Assembly (NCBI GenBank): GCA_038231135.1
Contig: JBBRLX010000026.1
Location: 1-64,000 of the forward strand
Origin: Candidatus Eiseniibacteriota bacterium
GTDB taxonomy: Bacteria > Eisenbacteria > RBG-16-71-46
Direction: 5' to 3'
DNA length: 64,000 bases
In this document: positions 16,556 through 26,900 of the stretch, piece by piece
How positions within the stretch are numbered: position 1 is the first letter of the stretch
How the letters are laid out: each line of letters begins with the position of its first letter
The notes under the pieces: model-generated
The model's database searches: none
What the model saw: only the letters and a program-made list of their open reading frames with translations
What the model was told of the DNA's origin: nothing
Program-made: the position numbers and the translations under genes

Positions 16556-19225
16556 CTATGCCGCGCGAGCCTCCGCGCCTTCGCCTTCCGACTCCGCCCG
16601 TTCCCCACCCACCGCGTCGTGCACGTCGGCGGTCATCTTCCGCTCCTCGCGCAGGCCGTCGATCATGGCTTCGGCCTGTTTCACGAGGAACCGGAGCGAT
16701 CCGGCCTTCTCGACGGCCTGGTCCACGAGCGCCTTCTGGCCCTGCAGCGCCTCGAGGCTCGACCGCACGTCGACGAGGAAGCCCTCGGCGCGGGCGAGCC
16801 GCTCCTCGGCCTTCGTCATCTGGCGCTTGCGCTCGTCCAGGTCGCTCGCGGCCTTCTGGATCTCCTGCAGCCGGCTCATCACGTGCTCGAGCAGTTCCCG
16901 GCTTTCGGCCATCTGGCGATGGGCCGAGGTGATCGACCGCACGTCGGTCGAGGTCTTCTCCGCCACCACGAACATGCGGTCGAGGTCGGCCTGCAGGGCC
17001 TGCACGGTGCTCTGCCGCGCCGCGATCTGCTCCAGTGAGCGGGTGACGTCCTCGTCGACGGTCTCCCAATTGGCGAGGCGCTCCTCGAACTGGGCGAGGC
17101 GCTTGTCCACCAGGGTCAGATTCGTGACGCGCTCCTCGAGCTGGCTCGACACCTGGCCCACCTGCGTGGCGCGTTCGTCGGCCGTCGTCAGGGTCGTCGT
17201 CATGCGCCCGAGCAATTCCTCGAGCTGTGTCGCCGCGGTCGCCGCATCCTGGCGCAGCTTCGAAGCCTTCTGCAGATTCTTCGACGCCTCGTCCAGCGCA
17301 TGCTGCCGCTGTTCGATCTCCTTCTTGAGCGTGGTCGTACGCTGGGCGATTGCGTCCACCGACTCGCAGCGGCCCTCGATCTCCTCCACGGTCTTCGCGA
17401 TGGTCTTCGTCTGGTGGGCGGCTTCGAGCACGCTCGAAGTGACGGTCGCGATCGTGTTGCGGATCCGGTCGGCATCCTCGGACTGTGCGGCGAGCGCCAC
17501 GAACCGCTGCTCGGCGCCGTCCATGCGCGTCTGCAGCTGCCGGGCGCGCTCGTCGAGACTGCCGCCCAGCGCGACCAGCTCGGTGAGCCGGCGCTGCAGG
17601 TCCTCGACCAGGTTGCGCCGTGCCTCGATCGCGTTCATCGACTCGGTGATGTGCTGGGTCTGCTGCTGCACCGACGTCAGCGTCGGCGCCAGCTCGTTCA
17701 GCGTTTCGACCTGGTTGCGCAGTTCGCCGAGCGACTTCTCGACGGTGTTGAGCCAGCCGCGGGTCTGAGCCTGGGTCTCCGCCATGCGCGCGACCTCGGT
17801 ATGCGCGTTGCGGCTCTGCTCCAGGGAATCCTTGACCGCGGCGTGCGTGCCGGCGAGCTGCTGCAGGTCGTTCAGCACCGTCTCGACGGTGGTGCGGCCC
17901 TCCTCGATGCGCGTCACCTGAACGGTCAGGCCACGCGTGGTGCGGACGGCTTCGTCCAGGTCGCGCCGGATGGCGGTGAGCTTCTTCACGTCGCCGTCGA
18001 TGCGGGCGGTCTCCTCGGCGAACGTGGTGAACTGGGTGGCGAGCGTTTCGGTCTGGGTGGCGAGCTGGGTCACGGCCAGGCCGGTCTCCCGCAGCGTCTT
18101 GAACCGGTTCTCGAACTCCGACAGCTCGCGGCGCAGGTCGGCCACGCGCTGGCTCACCGATTCGAGTCCTTTGCTCTCGAAGTCGAAGCGTTCGACGGCG
18201 TTCTTCATCTCGTCGCGCGCGGCGCCGACCTCGTGACGGATGATGCTGGCCTGCTCCTCGGTCTGACGCTGGAGCTGGGTCATCTCGCCGGAGCGCTCGA
18301 TGACGACTTCATGAATCGAGCGTAGCGCGGCGACCTGCTCCTGCAGCGTGTTCAGCTTCTGCTCGTTGTCCTCCTGCTGGCGGATGCCGGTGTCGACCTG
18401 CTTCATCGCGCGCTCGAGGCTGTCGGCCTGCGACAGCGCGCGATCCACGGCCTCGCTCTGCACCTCGAGCGCCGACGCCTTCTGCGCGACCGAATCGGCC
18501 TGCGCCTTGAGCGTACCCAGCTCGCGACGCACGTCGTCCACGGTCTGACGCACGCCGTCCATGCCGCGCACAGCGGTCTCCACGCCGACGACACGGCGCT
18601 CCTTGTCCTGCAGGTCGCGGCTCAACTCTTCGCGGCGGCGATCGAGCGCCTCCATCTTCGACATCGCGAGCTTGTGGGCGTCGAGCAGGCGTTCATGCTG
18701 CTCGCGCAGTCGTCCCATGTGCTCGCCGGCGCCGTCGACGTGGCCGCGCAACGTCTCGGCGTCCTCGCGCAGGATCTGAAACGGCTTCTCGACTTCCAGG
18801 AACGACCCCAGCCGGTCCTTGAGCTCGACGGCGAGATCCACCTTCTGGCTCAGCTCCTCGAACACCGTGCGCACGCGCTGGGTGTCCTCGAGCACCGACG
18901 TGATGTGTGTCGCCGCCGACTGCTGGTTGAGCGTCAGCGCCTCGCAGCGCTCGTCGAGCGTCTGGATCTGGGTGGCGAGCACCGTGATGTCCTGCAGCCG
19001 CTGTTCGACGTCGGCGAGGCGGGAGGTCACGGCGTTGACGTCGTTCGTGGCCCGGGTGATGGGCTCGCCGAGCTGGGTGAGGGTGTCCGCCGCGGTTCCG
19101 GAGTTGTCGATCAGCGCCTGGAAGCGCTCGCGCTCCGCGCGCATTTCCTGCAGCACCGCGCGCATCTCCTCCGAGAGCTCTCGATCCTTGGTTCCGTTAC
19201 CGAGCAGATTCTTGAGACTGGCCAT
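16556..19225 (-). CDS. Long (889 aa) all-helical coiled-coil protein, no ATPase motifs
   Basis: RBS AGGAG; continuous heptad-like E/Q/R/L-rich sequence; no Walker A/B, TM segment or signal peptide. Confidence 0.85.
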   Translation of the reverse strand: MASLKNLLGNGTKDRELSEEMRAVLQEMRAERERFQALIDNSGTAADTLTQLGEPITRATNDVNAVTSRLADVEQRLQDITVLATQIQTLDERCEALTLNQQSAATHITSVLEDTQRVRTVFEELSQKVDLAVELKDRLGSFLEVEKPFQILREDAETLRGHVDGAGEHMGRLREQHERLLDAHKLAMSKMEALDRRREELSRDLQDKERRVVGVETAVRGMDGVRQTVDDVRRELGTLKAQADSVAQKASALEVQSEAVDRALSQADSLERAMKQVDTGIRQQEDNEQKLNTLQEQVAALRSIHEVVIERSGEMTQLQRQTEEQASIIRHEVGAARDEMKNAVERFDFESKGLESVSQRVADLRRELSEFENRFKTLRETGLAVTQLATQTETLATQFTTFAEETARIDGDVKKLTAIRRDLDEAVRTTRGLTVQVTRIEEGRTTVETVLNDLQQLAGTHAAVKDSLEQSRNAHTEVARMAETQAQTRGWLNTVEKSLGELRNQVETLNELAPTLTSVQQQTQHITESMNAIEARRNLVEDLQRRLTELVALGGSLDERARQLQTRMDGAEQRFVALAAQSEDADRIRNTIATVTSSVLEAAHQTKTIAKTVEEIEGRCESVDAIAQRTTTLKKEIEQRQHALDEASKNLQKASKLRQDAATAATQLEELLGRMTTTLTTADERATQVGQVSSQLEERVTNLTLVDKRLAQFEERLANWETVDEDVTRSLEQIAARQSTVQALQADLDRMFVVAEKTSTDVRSITSAHRQMAESRELLEHVMSRLQEIQKAASDLDERKRQMTKAEERLARAEGFLVDVRSSLEALQGQKALVDQAVEKAGSLRFLVKQAEAMIDGLREERKMTADVHDAVGGERAESEGEGAEARAA

Positions 19226-19540
19226 GGTTCGCTCCTGGTGCGGGGTCCGGGGCGGGTGCGCCGGGTCCGATGCGATGAAGTTGTGGCTCCTCGACGTGAA
19301 CGCACGAGTACTGGAGAGGGATTCGCGGGCCCCACCGCAAGACCCGGACCGTCCGCCTGAAGTGCGGTGGTTTTTTCCGGATCACCGCGGGGCCGTGACA
19401 GGCGATTCGCGGCCGGGTCGTCCAAGCACATGGCAGTTCGCACGATCGCGGGCAGCCCCGGCGGTTCACCGGCGCCCGAGCCACGAACCGTCCCGAAGCC
19501 CGGACCGGCAGGGACCGCGACGCCCACCCCCGGACGGGCC

Positions 19541-19575
19541 AAAAAAACGCCACTGGGACGGGTGGTGCCCAGTAA
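19541..19575 (-). terminator. Putative intrinsic terminator of the large minus-strand operon
   Basis: Minus strand ACTGGG-cacCACCCgt-CCCAGT then GGCG-TTTTTTT, ~40 bp after the TonB-like stop. Confidence 0.5.
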
Positions 19576-19612
19576 GTAACCGGCGCCCGGGGGCGGCGCC
19601 GAGTCCACCCGT

Positions 19613-20794
19613 TCAGTTGGGTGGCGTGAACACGAATGGCACCTGGAACGTCGTCACCCCGGCCGGGATCGCGGGGAATTTCCAGTCGCGGATCTGGGAC
19701 AGTGCGCACGCGGTGAGCGCGGCCGAACCCAGCGTGTTCTGGACCACGGCGGCCTGCAGCACCTCGCCCGACGCGGCGATGGTGAGCGCAACGACGAGCT
19801 TGCCCTTGAGGCCCTCGTGGCGCTTGAGCTCGTTGCCGTAGCAGAACTGGATGCCGGCCGCGTATTTCTGCACGACCGCCATCAGTGAGGCGTTGCTGCG
19901 GTAAACGCCGGGTCCGGCGCCGCCGCCGCCGCCACCGCCGCCACCGCCGCCCGATCCTGTGCCGCCGCCACTGCCGCCGCCCGTGCCGGTGCCGTCGCCG
20001 GTGCCGCCGCCCCAGCCCGCGCCGGTGCCGCCGTCACCACCGCCCGCGCCGGTGCCGGGACCCGTGCCGGATCCGCTGCCGGTGCCGCGTCCGCCGCCGC
20101 CGGCTCCAACCGACGACAGCGTTCCGATCGAGACCAGCGATCCCTGCACGGCGGAGCCGCCGACATCGGTGGCGCCCGCGCTGCCGGCGTAGGCGCTCTG
20201 CACCGACGCGAGCTGGGCATCGCTGCGGCCGCCGGCGACGACCCGCGACGCGCGTGGCGCGCCGGGCGTCGCGGCGCTCGACGACACGGCCTGCAGGGAC
20301 GACGACAGGCCCGCGAGCGACTGCGACAACGCCGCGGTGGCGCCCGACAGGCTCGCCGCGACTTCGGCCGCGCGCTGCCGGCCGGCACTGCCCGCGGGCG
20401 CGCCGGTGACGGGGCCCGGGTTGCCGCCCGTGGGTCGGGCGTCGGCGACGCGTTCACCCGAAGCTCCGCCGCGTCCGCCGGTGCCGCCACGCGGTCCGGG
20501 AGGCGCCTGGGGCGTGTCGCCCGGGCCCACGGTGCCGGGCGCCGCGTCGGGAACCGGCGCGACCATGGCCGGTGGTGGCGGCGGTTCGTCGCCGGTGACG
20601 AGCCGCGCCATGCGCACCGGCTCCGGCGTCAGCGACTCGATGGCCTGTTGCGCGGTGGGAGTGAGGAACACCACGAGCAGGAAGACCACGCCGGCCACCG
20701 CGGCTCCGGCGAGACAGCGCGAGAACAGATCGTCTCCGCGCCCGAGCGCGGGACGGTAGGCATGGGACGCGACGCCGGTCATGGTCGCCATCAC
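19613..20794 (-). CDS. TonB-like energy transducer with AgmX/PglI C-terminal domain (GltG-like)
   Basis: Single N-terminal TM, Pro- then Gly-rich linker, C-terminal IQFCYGNELKRHEGLKGKLVVALTIAASGEV...CALSQIRDWKFP...VPFVF. Confidence 0.88.
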   Translation of the reverse strand: MMATMTGVASHAYRPALGRGDDLFSRCLAGAAVAGVVFLLVVFLTPTAQQAIESLTPEPVRMARLVTGDEPPPPPAMVAPVPDAAPGTVGPGDTPQAPPGPRGGTGGRGGASGERVADARPTGGNPGPVTGAPAGSAGRQRAAEVAASLSGATAALSQSLAGLSSSLQAVSSSAATPGAPRASRVVAGGRSDAQLASVQSAYAGSAGATDVGGSAVQGSLVSIGTLSSVGAGGGGRGTGSGSGTGPGTGAGGGDGGTGAGWGGGTGDGTGTGGGSGGGTGSGGGGGGGGGGGAGPGVYRSNASLMAVVQKYAAGIQFCYGNELKRHEGLKGKLVVALTIAASGEVLQAAVVQNTLGSAALTACALSQIRDWKFPAIPAGVTTFQVPFVFTPPN

Positions 20795-21270
20795 TGGGTG
20801 TTCCTGAGCACGGCCAGCGAGACGTTCGCGAAGCCGTTGCTGCCGAGCGTGATCATCACCTTGCGCAGCACGCGATACTCCATGTTGCGGTCGCCCTGGA
20901 TCGTCACCAGCGGATCGGCGCCGGCCGCGCCCGACTCGGCGCGCAGTGCCTGCAACCGCGCGGTCAGCCCGGAGATCTCCGGGCTGTCGTCGCGCATCGC
21001 GTCGGCCACGCTCGCCACCGGCTGCTTGTCGACGCAGATCGATCCGGAGTCGATCGCGACGATCATCGAGGCGTGCGGCGCCTGCTGGGCGGTCGACGTG
21101 GGCAGCTTCACGCCGGGGGCGGGCACCATGACCTCGCCCTCGGCGACGTGGCTCTTGAGCAGGAACAGCAGCAGCACGGTGAGAATGTCCATCATCGAGA
21201 TCAGGTTCACGTTGGAGCTGCCGCGCAGGCTCTTCCGGAGGCGCAGTTTGCGTTTCTCACGATGCTTCAT
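20791..21270 (-). CDS. ExbD/TolR family protein (conserved TM Asp present)
   Basis: NLISMMDILTVLLLFLL TM; VTIQGDRNMEYRVLRKVMITL periplasmic motif. Confidence 0.92.
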   Translation of the reverse strand: MKHREKRKLRLRKSLRGSSNVNLISMMDILTVLLLFLLKSHVAEGEVMVPAPGVKLPTSTAQQAPHASMIVAIDSGSICVDKQPVASVADAMRDDSPEISGLTARLQALRAESGAAGADPLVTIQGDRNMEYRVLRKVMITLGSNGFANVSLAVLRNTQ

Positions 21271-21271
21271 G

Positions 21272-21775
21272 TCACGATGCTCCCTGGGCCGCGTCGGCGA
21301 GCGCCGCGTCCGGCAGGCCGGCGCTCCGCGACACGTCCATCACGTCGATGATGTCCTCGTAACGCGCGGCGCCGCCGGCCTCGATGCGGACCGTCGTCGT
21401 GCCGGGATGCCCGGCCGCGATCCCGGCGAGCAGTTCGCCGAGCTGCCGCCGCGCGGCCGCCGCGGGGGCCGCATCGCGGTCGCCTGCCGCCGGGCGCGCC
21501 ACCGTGCCCGCGACGCTGCCGTTCGCGCGCACTTCATAGGCATCGGTGCGGATCACGATCGCCACGGCCAGCGGCACATCGCCGGGCGCCGCGGCCACGG
21601 TGGCCGCGCCCGGCGCCCCGGGCAGCGACGCCGGGATCACGGCGAGCTGGACGAACGCCGCCGACAGCAGCAGCAGCGGGATGATCGAGATGAACACGTT
21701 GAGCATCGGCATCAGCTCGAGTTCCTGGTTCACGTCGGTCTTGCCGGCCCGGCGCTTCTGGAAACGCCCCTTCAT
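21272..21775 (-). CDS. ExbD/TolR family protein (TM Asp replaced by Asn)
   Basis: ELMPMLNVFISIIPLLL TM; RYEDIIDVMDVSR motif. Confidence 0.9.
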   Translation of the reverse strand: MKGRFQKRRAGKTDVNQELELMPMLNVFISIIPLLLLSAAFVQLAVIPASLPGAPGAATVAAAPGDVPLAVAIVIRTDAYEVRANGSVAGTVARPAAGDRDAAPAAAARRQLGELLAGIAAGHPGTTTVRIEAGGAARYEDIIDVMDVSRSAGLPDAALADAAQGAS

Positions 21776-21776
21776 A

Positions 21777-22505
21777 TCAGCGTCCCCCGAAGCCGCTCGC
21801 GGCCTGCGGCGTCACGGGCTGGCTCGCCGCCTGCGGCGGCACGCGCGGCATCGCCGCCACACCGGGCTGCGCATGGCCCAGCGCCTTCGCCATCGCCTTG
21901 CTCAGCCGGATCGACAGCTCGTCGATCTGCTCCGCGATGCCGTCCACGCGGCCGGCGAACCACCCCTGCAGCAGCAGGGTGGGAATCGCCACCGTGAGGC
22001 CGAACGCGGTGGTATGGAGCGCCTCCGAGATGCCGGCCGACAGATGCGCGGAGCGCTGCGCCGCGTCGGCGACGCCAACGCCCGAGATCGCGGTGATGAG
22101 GCCGGTGATCGTGCCCAGCAGCCCGATCAGCGTGGCGGAGTTCGCGAGCATGCCGAGGTAGGACAGCCGCCGGGTGAGACTGGGCAGCGCGATCGTCGCC
22201 GCGTCGTCGGCGGCGGACTGCAGCACCTCCTCGCTCGCGGGGCCCGCTGCCAGCATCTCCTGCGCCACCTGGGCGAGCGGGGTGTTCGAGCGCATCGCAA
22301 TCTGGCGCGCGCCGTTCAGGTCGCCGCGCGCGACCGTGCGCACGAGCTCCTCGGTGAGCTTGTGGCCATCGACGGCCGCGGCGCGGCCGATCACGATCAT
22401 CCGTTCTACGATGATCGCGATGATCACGATGCCGAGCACCAGCACGGCGTGCATGAATATGCCGCCCTGCTTGTAGAACGTGGCGACGGCGGACAGTGCG
22501 TTCAT
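21777..22505 (-). CDS. MotA/TolQ/ExbB proton channel family protein (AglR-like)
   Basis: GGIFM, IIVER, ATLIGLLGTITGLI and SAGISEALHTTAFGLTVAIP motifs. Confidence 0.93.
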   Translation of the reverse strand: MNALSAVATFYKQGGIFMHAVLVLGIVIIAIIVERMIVIGRAAAVDGHKLTEELVRTVARGDLNGARQIAMRSNTPLAQVAQEMLAAGPASEEVLQSAADDAATIALPSLTRRLSYLGMLANSATLIGLLGTITGLITAISGVGVADAAQRSAHLSAGISEALHTTAFGLTVAIPTLLLQGWFAGRVDGIAEQIDELSIRLSKAMAKALGHAQPGVAAMPRVPPQAASQPVTPQAASGFGGR

Positions 22506-22945
22506 CGGGAAGTCTCCTTTGGGGAATCCATGGGCGGGGTGTGAATCACGGCGACCCAGGTGGGAAACGGCGTGGTTTCGCCGAGCTGTGTGGTGGTCTT
22601 CAGGTAGCGGTAATGCTGAAAGTCCATGAAGCGCCGCTGATCGCGCGCGGTGATGAACAGCACCTGCGGCACCGGAGTCTCGCCTTCGATGTGGATGTCG
22701 CCGAGCGTGCGTGGCATGGCGCCGGCGTGCGTTGCCGGCCGGTCGGTTGCCGCCGCGTGTCCGGGGGAGCGTGAGGTCGGGGGCCCGGCCGTGGCGGCGT
22801 GCCGGGCGCCGGCGCGCGTTCCTGCGCGCGCGCGGAGGCTGTCCGTCCGCGCGTGCACGCGGACATCGGCCGTCCCCGCGTGTGCGGGTAGGGCGGTGGC
22901 CAACAGCAGTGCGGCCAGGATTCCGAGCGTACGCGTCATGGTCAT
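22502..22945 (-). CDS. Small exported protein, GltF/CglF-like
   Basis: Signal peptide; C-terminal LGDIHIEGETPVPQVLFITAR resembles the IEG...P motif of GltF-like proteins; located directly upstream of exbB. Confidence 0.6.
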   Translation of the reverse strand: MTMTRTLGILAALLLATALPAHAGTADVRVHARTDSLRARAGTRAGARHAATAGPPTSRSPGHAAATDRPATHAGAMPRTLGDIHIEGETPVPQVLFITARDQRRFMDFQHYRYLKTTTQLGETTPFPTWVAVIHTPPMDSPKETSR

Positions 22946-23901
22946 TTTCCCTTCGCCAGGTCGGTGTTATCGGCGGCCGGCAGCACGCCCGCCAGCCCAT
23001 CCGGGTCGGCCTTCGCGCGGGCCCGGTACTCGGTGAACCAGCGCGCCGCGGCCTCGTCGTCGAGCGTGTAGTACTTCTCGAGGATCGCGAGGTTGTAATA
23101 CGGGCCGGGCAGTGACGGATCGAGCTGGATCGCCTCCAGCAGCGCGCGGCGCGCCGCCTTGGGATCCCCCGCGCGCAGCCGCGCGACGCCGTAGTTGTTG
23201 CGGCACGCGGCGCTGTTCGGATGCGCGCGCATGGCGGCCTCCGCGAGATCCGCCGCGGTGTCGGGGGCGCCGCCGTGCAGCGCCACCACCACCGCCGCGA
23301 CGTCGGCGCCGGGGCGCGACATCCGCGGCGCCGCGGCCAGCACGTCGCGCGCCTTCGCGTGCTGCCCGATCGCGTCGTAGTGCAGCGCGAGTCCGGCGAG
23401 CAACTCGGGGGCGAACGCCTGCGAGCCCTGCTGTGCCGTAGCGCGCGCGGATTCCAGCAGGCGGATCGCCTCGTCGTGGCGCCCTGCCGCGAATTCCAGC
23501 CGCGACAGCAGCGCCAGCGCAGGCGCGTAGCTGCTGTCGCAGGCGAGCGAGCGGCGCAGTGCGTCCTCCGCCTGCGGCACCGAATCGGCCGACGCGTAGA
23601 GTGCGGCGAGCCGGTAGGGCCAATAGGGCTCCGCGGGATGCGCGCCGGCGAGTTCGCGCGCGTCCTCGATCCGGCCCGCGGATGAATGCGGGCTGGCGTG
23701 GCTGCGCAGGCCGGGCAGGGCGAGCCCGCCGCGCAGACCGGGCAGACTCGCGCCGCAGCCGCACACGGCGAGCGTGGCGAGCAGCAGAACGGTGAGCGCC
23801 GGTCCAGCTCCGCGCGATCGCAGTGCGCGAGCGGCCCGCACCCGCAGCCAGCGTCCCGGATGTTGTGCGGGAACGGGAATACCGGGTCGTGGGTTCGTCA
23901 T
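22942..23901 (-). CDS. TPR-repeat lipoprotein (GltE-like)
   Basis: Lipobox-like LAVCGC; TPRs (NNYGVARLRAG, AIQLDP...YYNLAIL). Confidence 0.8.
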   Translation of the reverse strand: MTNPRPGIPVPAQHPGRWLRVRAARALRSRGAGPALTVLLLATLAVCGCGASLPGLRGGLALPGLRSHASPHSSAGRIEDARELAGAHPAEPYWPYRLAALYASADSVPQAEDALRRSLACDSSYAPALALLSRLEFAAGRHDEAIRLLESARATAQQGSQAFAPELLAGLALHYDAIGQHAKARDVLAAAPRMSRPGADVAAVVVALHGGAPDTAADLAEAAMRAHPNSAACRNNYGVARLRAGDPKAARRALLEAIQLDPSLPGPYYNLAILEKYYTLDDEAAARWFTEYRARAKADPDGLAGVLPAADNTDLAKGK

Positions 23902-26900
23902 CTTCGTCCTCCGTCTCCGTCCTTGCGGTCCGGGTCTTCGGGGTGCGGTTTGCGTTTCTGCGCGTCCGCGGGCGGCGCGCCGATCACGAGCGGCACCTCG
24001 GCCTCGGTCACGTTCTCGAACCGGCCGCCGATGCGCTTCCACAGCGACTCCTGCGCCAGCCGGATCCACGGATCGTCGGGCGCCTCCGCCTGCTTCTGAC
24101 GCAGCAGGTCCGTCCATACGCCTTCGCCGCGCTCGAAGAACGGCCGCGCCTGCTGCGCGATCACGTCATCGTAGGCGGCGAGATCGGCGGCGCCGAGGCC
24201 GGCGGGCCGCTCGCTGTGGAGCAGCTCGTCGCCGAACGCGAGCAGCGTCTGGCCGATGCGAAAAGTCGACGCGTGCGCCCACTCGGAATCGCCGAAGTCG
24301 ACGCTCTCGCGATAGCGCTGCAGCGTGGCGTCCAGCAGCTTCTGGGCCACCGGAATCGTCTGCGTGAGCGGCTGGCGCAGCGGCGCGTTGCGGAGCGCGG
24401 CACCCGCCTCCTCGCCCTGGAGGTAGCGGACCTGCGCGAGTAATTCGTGGGACGCGAGCTGCGGATGCGCGGCGGCGCGGGCGAGGTAGTCGGCCACGCG
24501 CGACGGCGGCGGCGCGGACGCCGGAGCGCGCGCCGGAGCGCCGCGCCTGGCACCGGCGTGTCGCGCGGGCGCAGCGGACGGCGCCGCGGCCGGCAGCAGC
24601 GACGAGATCGGGTGGCCGGCGTCGATCGCGGCGAGCTCGCGGCGCGCCATGTCGGCGAGCAGTTCCATGGAACCCGCGACGTCCTCCGGATGGCGTTGCA
24701 TGTATCCGAACCGCAGCGTGTCCGCGCGATCGAACTTGCCGTCCTGCGCGAAACGGTCGGCCGCCCGCAGCAGCGCGCCACCCGACTGCGGATCCGCGGG
24801 GAACCGGTTCGCGAACTCGGCATACGCCTGCGCGGCCTGCGAACGATCGCCCAGCGAATCGGCGATCGTCGCCATTTCGAGCTGCGCGTCGCGTACCAGA
24901 TCGCTGTGCGGGAAGTCGGCGACGAGCGCCTGCATCTGGCGCAGCGCCACCCGCGGCAGCCCGGCGGCCAGGCTCGCGAGGCCGCTGCGGTACCGCGCGA
25001 GATCGGCGTGCTCGAACCCGGGCCAGTTCGCCGCGACCCTCTCGAACAGCGCGGCATGGTTCGCGTGCGCCGAGGAGTCCGCCGCCACCGCGGCTTCGGC
25101 CACGCGGTAATAGCTCACCGGGATCGCCTGTGCGGCGCGCTGCGCCAGCGAATCGTCGCCGGCGCGCCGCGCGGCCGCCAGCGCCTGCTGGTACGCGGCG
25201 CCGGCGTCCTCGTAGCGCGCGAGCCGGAACAGCGCGTCGGCGCGCAGGCTGGCCGCCAGCGGGGCGCGGCGGTCGTCGGGCCGCTCGGTCGCGAGCCGGC
25301 CGAAGTCGTGCGCGGCCCGCTCGTGCCAGCCGTGCGCGAACGCGAGGTTGCCCTGCCGCCACATGAGATCCGCGGCCTGCGGATGACCGGGTCTGCGGCT
25401 CAGCAGCGTATCGGCGGCGGCGATCACCGCGAGTGCCAGCGAATCGGCGCCGAGGCCGGCCGAGGTGAGGGCGGCGGTCTGCGCCGCCCCGCCGCGGCGC
25501 GTCCGGGGCACGGACACCGTGGCAGCCGCGGACCCGCCCACCGCGCCGTCCGCGGCGCGCGCCGGCGTCTGCGTGCTGCGATACCACGCGTCGGTCACCG
25601 ACACCCGCTGCCACAGCGCCTGCGTGACGACGCTGTCGCGGCCGATGCGCGCCGCGGCGCCGTAGTGCGCGAGTGACCGCGAGTACTCGGCGAGCTGGAC
25701 GGCGACCTCGCCGGCGTCGAGCTCGATGCCGGCCGTGGCGTCGCCGTCCGGCCAGTGCGCGATCACCACCTCGTAGAGCCGCAGTGCCTCGGCGTAATCG
25801 GCTCGCGACCCGGTGGCGCGTCCGGCGCGATGGTGCTGCTGCGCCACCGTGGTCCATGCGTCGCGCGCAAACGCGGCGCCCGCCGCGCGCACGGAATCCG
25901 AGCTCTGCGCCGCGTACCACGCGCTGCCGGGCACGAACACCGGCGCGTACTCGAGCCGCGCCGAGCACTCGAGCGCCGGTCGCTCCCAGCGGTGGAAGCT
26001 GTCGATCATGCGTCCCGCGCTCAGCAGCGCTTCAGGGTCGAGCGGATGCCGCACGATCAGCAGCCGGTCGGCGGCGATCGCGTCGGCATACAGGCTGTAA
26101 CGGCGGAAGTGCTGTGCGAGCTCGCGCAGCAGCCGGATCTCGTACGGACGCGGGCCGACGCGATCGAAGTAGCCCGCGAACGCCGTGGCGCCGCCGGCGC
26201 GCGCGATCGTCTGCACGAAGTACGCATCGGCTTCGTCGGCCAGGTTCACGCGCGCGTCAACCCGGCCCCCCGCGGCGTAGAGATCGAGGATCGAACGGAA
26301 CGCATCGGCCGCGTCGAGGAACCGGTCGAGGCTGAATTCGGCCCAGCCGAGCTTGTAGAGCGCGATCGCCCGTAGCGTCGTGTCGGCGCCGCCGGCGGCG
26401 TTCTGGTAGGGCGGAATGCAATCGGCGTAATTGCGATCGGTGAACGCGAGATCGCCGATGCGCACCCAGGCCTCCTGGCAATACCGCGAGCCGGGATGGG
26501 CGGTCACGAGCTGCTGGAACATCGGGAGCGCGCCGGGATCCGCGGCGTCCGCCATGATGGAGCCGGCGTTGAACAGCACGGCGTCCACGTGCGCGAATCC
26601 CGCGTCCTCGCGCAGGATCGTGCGGTAGATCGCGAGCGCGGGCGCGGCGTCGAGCACCGGGAGCGCCAAATTCGCGCCGCCCAGCTTCACGAATACCGCC
26701 ATCCGGTCATGGAACGTCTGGCGCGCGTCGAGCATCTCGAGGTCGGCGAGGCGGCACCGCAGCTCGCCGCGCGCGAACGACTGCGGATGGCGGTCGAGGA
26801 ACGCCCGCAGCTCGGGCACCGCGACGCCACGCCAGTGGCGCGCTTTGGGATCGTCGCGCGCCGGGTCGGTGGTGTCGGCGACCGCCGCCGCGGCGATGGC

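Noticed and set aside
16556..19225. SMC/SbcC or chemoreceptor annotation
   Set aside because: No Walker A/B, hinge, TM segments or MCP signalling hairpin motif
19915..20105. GCC/CCG-rich tandem repeat as a repeat element
   Set aside because: It encodes the Gly-rich linker of the TonB-like protein
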